A program made the translations under genes and the position numbers. The notes under the pieces were generated by a model. It saw nothing but the letters and a program-made list of their open reading frames with translations. It was not told where the DNA came from and did not search any database. Below, in pieces: positions 58,101 to 64,000 of a DNA stretch of 64,000 bases. Location of the stretch: the NCBI GenBank assembly GCA_964057225.1, contig OZ059894.1, positions 248,001 through 312,000 of the forward strand. Reading direction: 5' to 3'. The first letter of the stretch is position 1. Each line of letters opens with the position of its first letter. The stretch comes from Auanema rhodensis (Eukaryota; Animalia; Nematoda).

Positions 58101-59290
58101 GCACCAATATCAATAAAAATTTGTTTTTAGACTAATATGGACATGGGGAATCTTATTTTGAAAACCGCATCTCTTTATCTTTCACGTGAAGCGAGTTACA
58201 TACCAAGTGCACATCACGTGTACATTTAATTAGCATAAATTAAAGTTCACGTAAATTTCAAAGTCATGGTTACCATGCACCAATATCAATAAAAATTTGT
58301 TTTTAGACTAATATGAACATGGGGAATCTAATTTTGAAAACCGCATCTCTTTATCTTTCACGTGAAGCGAGTTACATACCAAGTGCAGATCACGTGTACA
58401 TTTAATTAGCATTAATTAAAGTTCACGTAAATTTCAAAGTCATGGTTACCATGAACCAATATCAATAAAAATTTGTTTTTAGACTAATATGGACATGGGG
58501 AATCTAATTTTGAAAACCGCATCTCTTTATCTTTCACGTGAAGCGAGTTACATACCAAGTGCACATCACGTGTACATTTAATTAGCATAAATTAAAGTTC
58601 ACGTAAATTTCAAAGTCATGGTTACCATGAACTAATATATATAAAAATTTGTTTTTAGACTAATATGGACATGGGGAATCTAATTTTGAAAACCGCATCT
58701 CTTTATCTTTCACGTGAAGCGAGTTACATACCAAGTGCACATCACGTGTACATTTAATTAGCATAAATTAAAGTTCACGTAAATTTCAAAGTCATGGTTA
58801 CCATGAACCAATATCAATAAAAATTTGTTTTTAGACTAATATGGACATGGGGAATCTAATTTTGAAAACCGCATCTCTTTATCTTTCACGTGAAGCGAGT
58901 TACATACCAAGTGCACATCACGTGTACATTTAATTAGCATAAATTAAAGTTCACGTAAATTTCAAAGTCATGGTTACCATGAACCAATATCAATAAAAAT
59001 TTGTTTTTAGACTAATATGGACATGGGGAATCTAATTTTGAAAACCGCATCTCTTTATCTTTCACGTGAACCGAGTTACATACCAAGTGCAGATCACGTG
59101 TACATTTAATTAGCATAAATTAAAGTTCACGTAAATTTCAAAGTCATGGTTACCATGAACCAATATCAATAAAAATTTGTTTTTAGACTAATATGGACAT
59201 GGGAAATCTAATTTTGAAAACCGCATCTCTTTATCTTTCACGTGAAGCGAGTTACATACCAAGTGCACATCACGTGTACATTTAATTAGC
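55103..59290 (+). repeat. Partial third copy (~24 monomers) of the A/B block, matching 21120-25300
   Basis: The markers tacaaa, tcttat+cacaacac, gaact, aaatcaaa, gaaccg+aaacttc, gggaaat ... gaaccg+gcagat occur in the same order at constant offset 33983 from copy B. Confidence 0.85.
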
Positions 59291-62200
59291 ATAAATTAAA
59301 GTTCACGTAAATTTCAAAGTCATGGTTACCATGCACCAATATCAATAAAAATTTGTTTTTAGACTAATATGGACATGGGGAATCCAATTTTGAAAACCGC
59401 ATCTCTTTATCTTTCACGTGAAGCGAGTTACATACCAAGTGCACATCACGTGTACATTTAATTAGCATAAATTAAAGTTCACGTAAATTTCAAAGTCATG
59501 GTTACCATGAACCAATATCAATAAAAATTTGTTTTTAGACTAATATGGACATGGGGAATCTAATTTTAAAAACCGCATCTCTTTATCTTTCACGTGAAGC
59601 GAGTTACATACCAAGTGCACATCACGTGTACATTTAATAAGCATAAATTAAAGTTCACGTAAATTTCAAAGTCATGGTTACCATGCACCAATATCAATAA
59701 AAATTTGATTTTAGACTAATATGGACATGGGGAATCTAATTTTGAAAACCGCATCTCTTTATCTTTCACGTGAAGCGAGTTACATACCAAGTGCACATCA
59801 CGTGTACATTTAATTAGCATAAATTAAAGTTCACGTAAATTTCAAAGTCATGGTTACCATGAACCAATATCAATAAAAATTTGTTTTTAGACTAATATGG
59901 ACATGGGGAATCAAATTTTGAAAACCGCATCTCTTTATCTTTCACGTGAAGCGAGTTACATACCAAGTGCACATCACGTGTACATTTAATTAGCATAAAT
60001 TAAAGTTCACGTAAATTTCAAAGTCATGGTTACCATGCACCAATATCAATAAAAATTTGTTTTTAGACTAATATGAACATGGGGAATCTAATTTTGAAAA
60101 CCGCATCTCTTTATCTTTCACGTGAAGCGAGTTACATACCAAGTGCACATCACGTGTAAATTTAATTAGCATAAATTAAAGTTCACGTAAATTTCAAAGT
60201 CATGGTTACCATGAACCAATATCAATGAAAATTTGTTTTTAGACTAATATGTACATGGGGAATTTTATTTTGAAAACCGCATCTCTTTATCTTTCACGTG
60301 AAGCGAGTTACATACAAAGTGCACATCACGTGTACATTTAATTAGCATAAATTAAAGTTCACGTAAATTTCAAAGTCATGGTTACCATGAACCAATATCA
60401 ATAAAAATTTGTTTTTAGACTAATATGGACATGGGGAATCTAATTTTGAAAACCGCATCTCTTTATCTTTCACGTGAAGCGAGTTACATACCAAGTGCAC
60501 ATCACGTGTACATTTAATTAGCATAAATTAAAGTTCACGTAAATTTCAAAGTCATGGTTACCATGCACCAATATCAATAAAAATTTGTTTTTAGACTAAT
60601 ATGGACATGGGGAATCTTATTTTGAAAACCGCATCTCTTTATCTTTCACGTGAAGCGAGTTACATACCAAGTGCACATCACGTGTACATTTAATTAGCAT
60701 AAATTAAAGTTCACGTAAATTTCAAAGTCATGGTTACCATGCACCAATATCAATAAAAATTTGTTTTTAGACTAATATGAACATGGGGAATCTAATTTTG
60801 AAAACCGCATCTCTTTATCTTTCACGTGAAGCGAGTTACATACCAAGTGCACATCACGTGTACATTTAATTAGCATTAATTAAAGTTCACGTAAATTTCA
60901 AAGTCATGGTTACCATGAACCAATATCAATAAAAATTTGTTTTTAGACTAATATGGACATGGGGAATCTAATTTTGAAAACCGCATCTCTTTATCTTTCA
61001 CGTGAAGCGAGTTACATACCAAGTGCACATCACGTGTACATTTAATTAGCATAAATTAAAGTTCACGTAAATTTCAAAGTCATGGTTACCATGAACTAAT
61101 ATCAATAAAAATTTGTTTTTAGACTAATATGGACATGGGGAATCTAATTTTGAAAACCGCATCTCTTTATCTTTCACGTGAAGCGAGTTACATACCAAGT
61201 GCACATCACGTGTACATTTAATTAGCATAAATTAAAGTTCACGTAAATTTCAAAGTCATGGTTACCATGAACCAATATCAATAAAAATTTGTTTTTAGAC
61301 TAATATGGACATGGGGAATCTAATTTTGAAAACCGCATCTCTTTATCTTTCACGTGAAGCGAGTTACATACCAAGTGCACATCACGTGTACATTTAATTA
61401 GCATAAATTAAAGTTCACGTAAATTTCAAAGTCATGGTTACCATGAACCAATATCAATAAAAATTTGTTTTTAGACTAATATGGACATGGGGAATCTAAT
61501 TTTGAAAACCGCATCTCTTTATCTTTCACGTGAACCGAGTTACATACCAAGTGCAGATCACGTGTACATTTAATTAGCATAAATTAAAGTTCACGTAAAT
61601 TTCAAAGTCATGGTTACCATGAACCAATATCAATAAAAATTTGTTTTTAGACTAATATGGACATGGGAAATCTAATTTTGAAAACCGCATCTCTTTATCT
61701 TTCACGTGAAGCGAGTTACATACCAAGTGCACATCACGTGTACATTTAATTAGCATAAATTAAAGTTCACGTAAATTTCAAAGTCATGGTTACCATGCAC
61801 CAATATCAATAAAAATTTGTTTTTAGACTAATATGGACATGGGGAATCCAATTTTGAAAACCGCATCTCTTTATCTTTCACGTGAAGCGAGTTACATACC
61901 AAGTGCACATCACGTGTACATTTAATTAGCATAAATTAAAGTTCACGTAAATTTCAAAGTCATGGTTACCATGAACCAATATCAATAAAAATTTGTTTTT
62001 AGACTAATATGGACATGGGGAATCTAATTTTAAAAACCGCATCTCTTTATCTTTCACGTGAAGCGAGTTACATACCAAGTGCACATCACGTGTACATTTA
62101 ATAAGCATAAATTAAAGTTCACGTAAATTTCAAAGTCATGGTTACCATGCACCAATATCAATAAAAATTTGATTTTAGACTAATATGGACATGGGGAATC

Positions 62201-62494
62201 TAATTTTGAAAACCGCATCTCTTTATCTTTCACGTGAAGCGAGTTACATACCAAGTGCACATCACGTGTACATTTAATTAGCATAAATTAAAGTTCACGT
62301 AAATTTCAAAGTCATGGTTACCATGAACCAATATCAATAAAAATTTGTTTTTAGACTAATATGGACATGGGGAATCAAATTTTGAAAACCGCATCTCTTT
62401 ATCTTTCACGTGAAGCGAGTTACATACCAAGTGCACATCACGTGTACATTTAATTAGCATAAATTAAAGTTCACGTAAATTTCAAAGTCATGGT
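57567..62494 (+). repeat. Tandem 14-mer higher-order duplication (2464 bp x 2)
   Basis: Fourteen consecutive monomer types at 57567-60030 match 60031-62494 one-to-one, apart from private variants near 58388 (gcagat) and 58640 (aatatatat). Confidence 0.9.
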
Positions 62495-64000
62495 TACCAT
62501 GAACCAATATCAATAAAAATTTGTTTTTAGACTAAAATGGACATGGGGAATCTAATTTTGAAAACCGCATCTCTTTATCTTTCACGTGAAGCGAGTTACA
62601 TACCAAGTGCACATCACGTGTACATTTAATTAGCATAAATTAAAATTCACGTAAATTTCAAAGTCATGGTTACCATGCACCAATATCAATAAAAATTTGT
62701 TTTTAGACTAATATGAACATGGGGAATCTAATTCTGAAAACCGCATCTCTTTATCTTTCACGTGAAGCGAGTTACATACCAAGTGCACATCACGTGTACA
62801 TTTAATTAGCATAAATTAAAGTTCACGTAAATTTCAAAGTCATGGTTACCATGAACCAATATCAATAAAAGTTTGTTTTTAGACTAATATGGACATGGGG
62901 AATCAAATTTTGAAAACCGCATCTCTTTATCTTTCACGTAAAGCGAGTTACATACCAAGTGCACATCACGTGTACATTTAATTAGCATAAATTAAAGTTC
63001 ACGTAAATTTCAAAGTCATGGTTACCATGAACCAATATCAATAAAAATTTGTTTTTAGACTAATATGGACATGGGGAATCTAATTTTGAAAACCGCATCT
63101 CTTTATCTTTCACGTGAAGCGAGTTACATACCAAGTGCACATCACGTGTACATTTAATTAGCATAAATTAAAGTTCACGTAAATTTCAAAGTCATGGTTA
63201 CCATGCACCAATATCAATAAAAATTTGTTTTTAGACTAATATGGACATGGGGAATCCAATTTTGAAAACCGCATCTCTTTATCTTTCACGTGAAGCGAGT
63301 TACATACCAAGTGCACATCACGTGTACATTTAATTAGCATAAATTAAAGTTCACGTAAATTTCAAAGTCATGGTTACCATGAACCAATATCAATAAAAAT
63401 TTGTTTTTAGACTAATATGGACATGGGGAATCTAATTTTGAAAACCGCATCTCTTTATCTTTCACGTGAACCGAGTTACATACCAAGTGCAGATCACGTG
63501 TACATTTAATTAGCATAAATTAAAGTTCACGTAAATTTCAAAGTCATGGTTACCATGAACCAATATCAATAAAAATTTGTTTTTAGACTAATATGGACAT
63601 GGGAAATCTAATTTTGAAAACCGCATCTCTTTATCTTTCACGTGAAGCGAGTTACATACCAAGTGCACATCACGTGTACATTTAATTAGCATAAATTAAA
63701 GTTCACGTAAATTTCAAAGTCATGGTTACCATGAACCAATATCAATAAAAATTTGTTTTTAGACTAATATGGACATGGGGAATCTAATTTTAAAAACCGC
63801 ATCTCTTTATCTTTCACGTGAAGCGAGTTACATACCAAGTGCACATCACGTGTACATTTAATAAGCATAAATTAAAGTTCACGTAAATTTCAAAGTCATG
63901 GTTACCATGAACCAATATCAATAAAAATTTGTTTTTAGACTAATATGGACATGGGGAATCCAATTTTGAAAACCGCATCTCTTTATCTTTCACGTGAAGC

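Larger units (their letters stand above)
1..64000 (+). repeat. Tandem satellite DNA array, 176-bp monomer, ~364.5 copies, head-to-tail, extending beyond both window edges (centromeric/heterochromatic-type satellite, family unassigned)
   Basis: TACCATG recurs at 1, 177, 353 and so on. Line phase recurs every 2640 bp (15x176) at 2641, 5281, 7921 and 10561. The last monomer starts at 63903 = 364x176+1-162, fully explained by two 1-bp and four 40-bp deletions. Consensus: taccatgaaccaatatcaataaaaatttgtttttagactaatatggacatggggaatctaattttgaaaaccgcatctctttatctttcacgtgaagcgagttacataccaagtgcacatcacgtgtacatttaattagcataaattaaagttcacgtaaatttcaaagtcatggt. Confidence 0.99.

Noticed and set aside
1-64000. 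CRISPR array or repeat-spacer system
   Set aside because: There are no unique spacers: the entire 176 bp is repeated, and no cas genes or leader are present.
1-64000. Transposon insertion, inversion, telomeric repeat or 5S/tRNA/snRNA tandem gene unit
   Set aside because: Phase arithmetic accounts for every base with 176-bp units and six deletions. I saw no strand switch, no telomeric motif and no recognisable Pol III A/B/C boxes or RNA gene sequence.
1-64000. Variant order as an information-bearing code
   Set aside because: The ordered variant patterns are adequately explained by nested duplication and unequal exchange, and nothing indicates a readout mechanism.

Overview
The whole 64 kb window is one uninterrupted head-to-tail array of a 176-bp AT-rich (~32% GC by hand count) satellite monomer, about 364.5 units, all in the same orientation. 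It looks like eukaryotic centromeric or heterochromatic satellite DNA. I cannot assign the family or organism from sequence alone. There are no supportable genes, RNA genes, transposon insertions, CRISPR arrays or inversions. Monomers typically differ from consensus at 0-4 positions. Phase arithmetic shows only six indels in 64 kb: two copies of one 1-bp deletion and four copies of one 40-bp deletion flanked by AAATTT microhomology. Using the rare variants as barcodes reveals a nested duplication history: a ~16 kb block duplicated at an ~18 kb offset, a partial third copy, 3.6 kb and 1.6 kb dispersed duplications, a tandem 14-mer, and local 2-, 3- and 5-mer higher-order repeats. There is no single regular HOR. 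The monomer is rich in dyad symmetries and carries three TCACGT (E-box/G-box/CDEI-like) motifs spaced 32-33 bp apart. I found no evidence for a new gene-encoded system; the interest lies in satellite architecture and turnover. All variant typing was done by eye.
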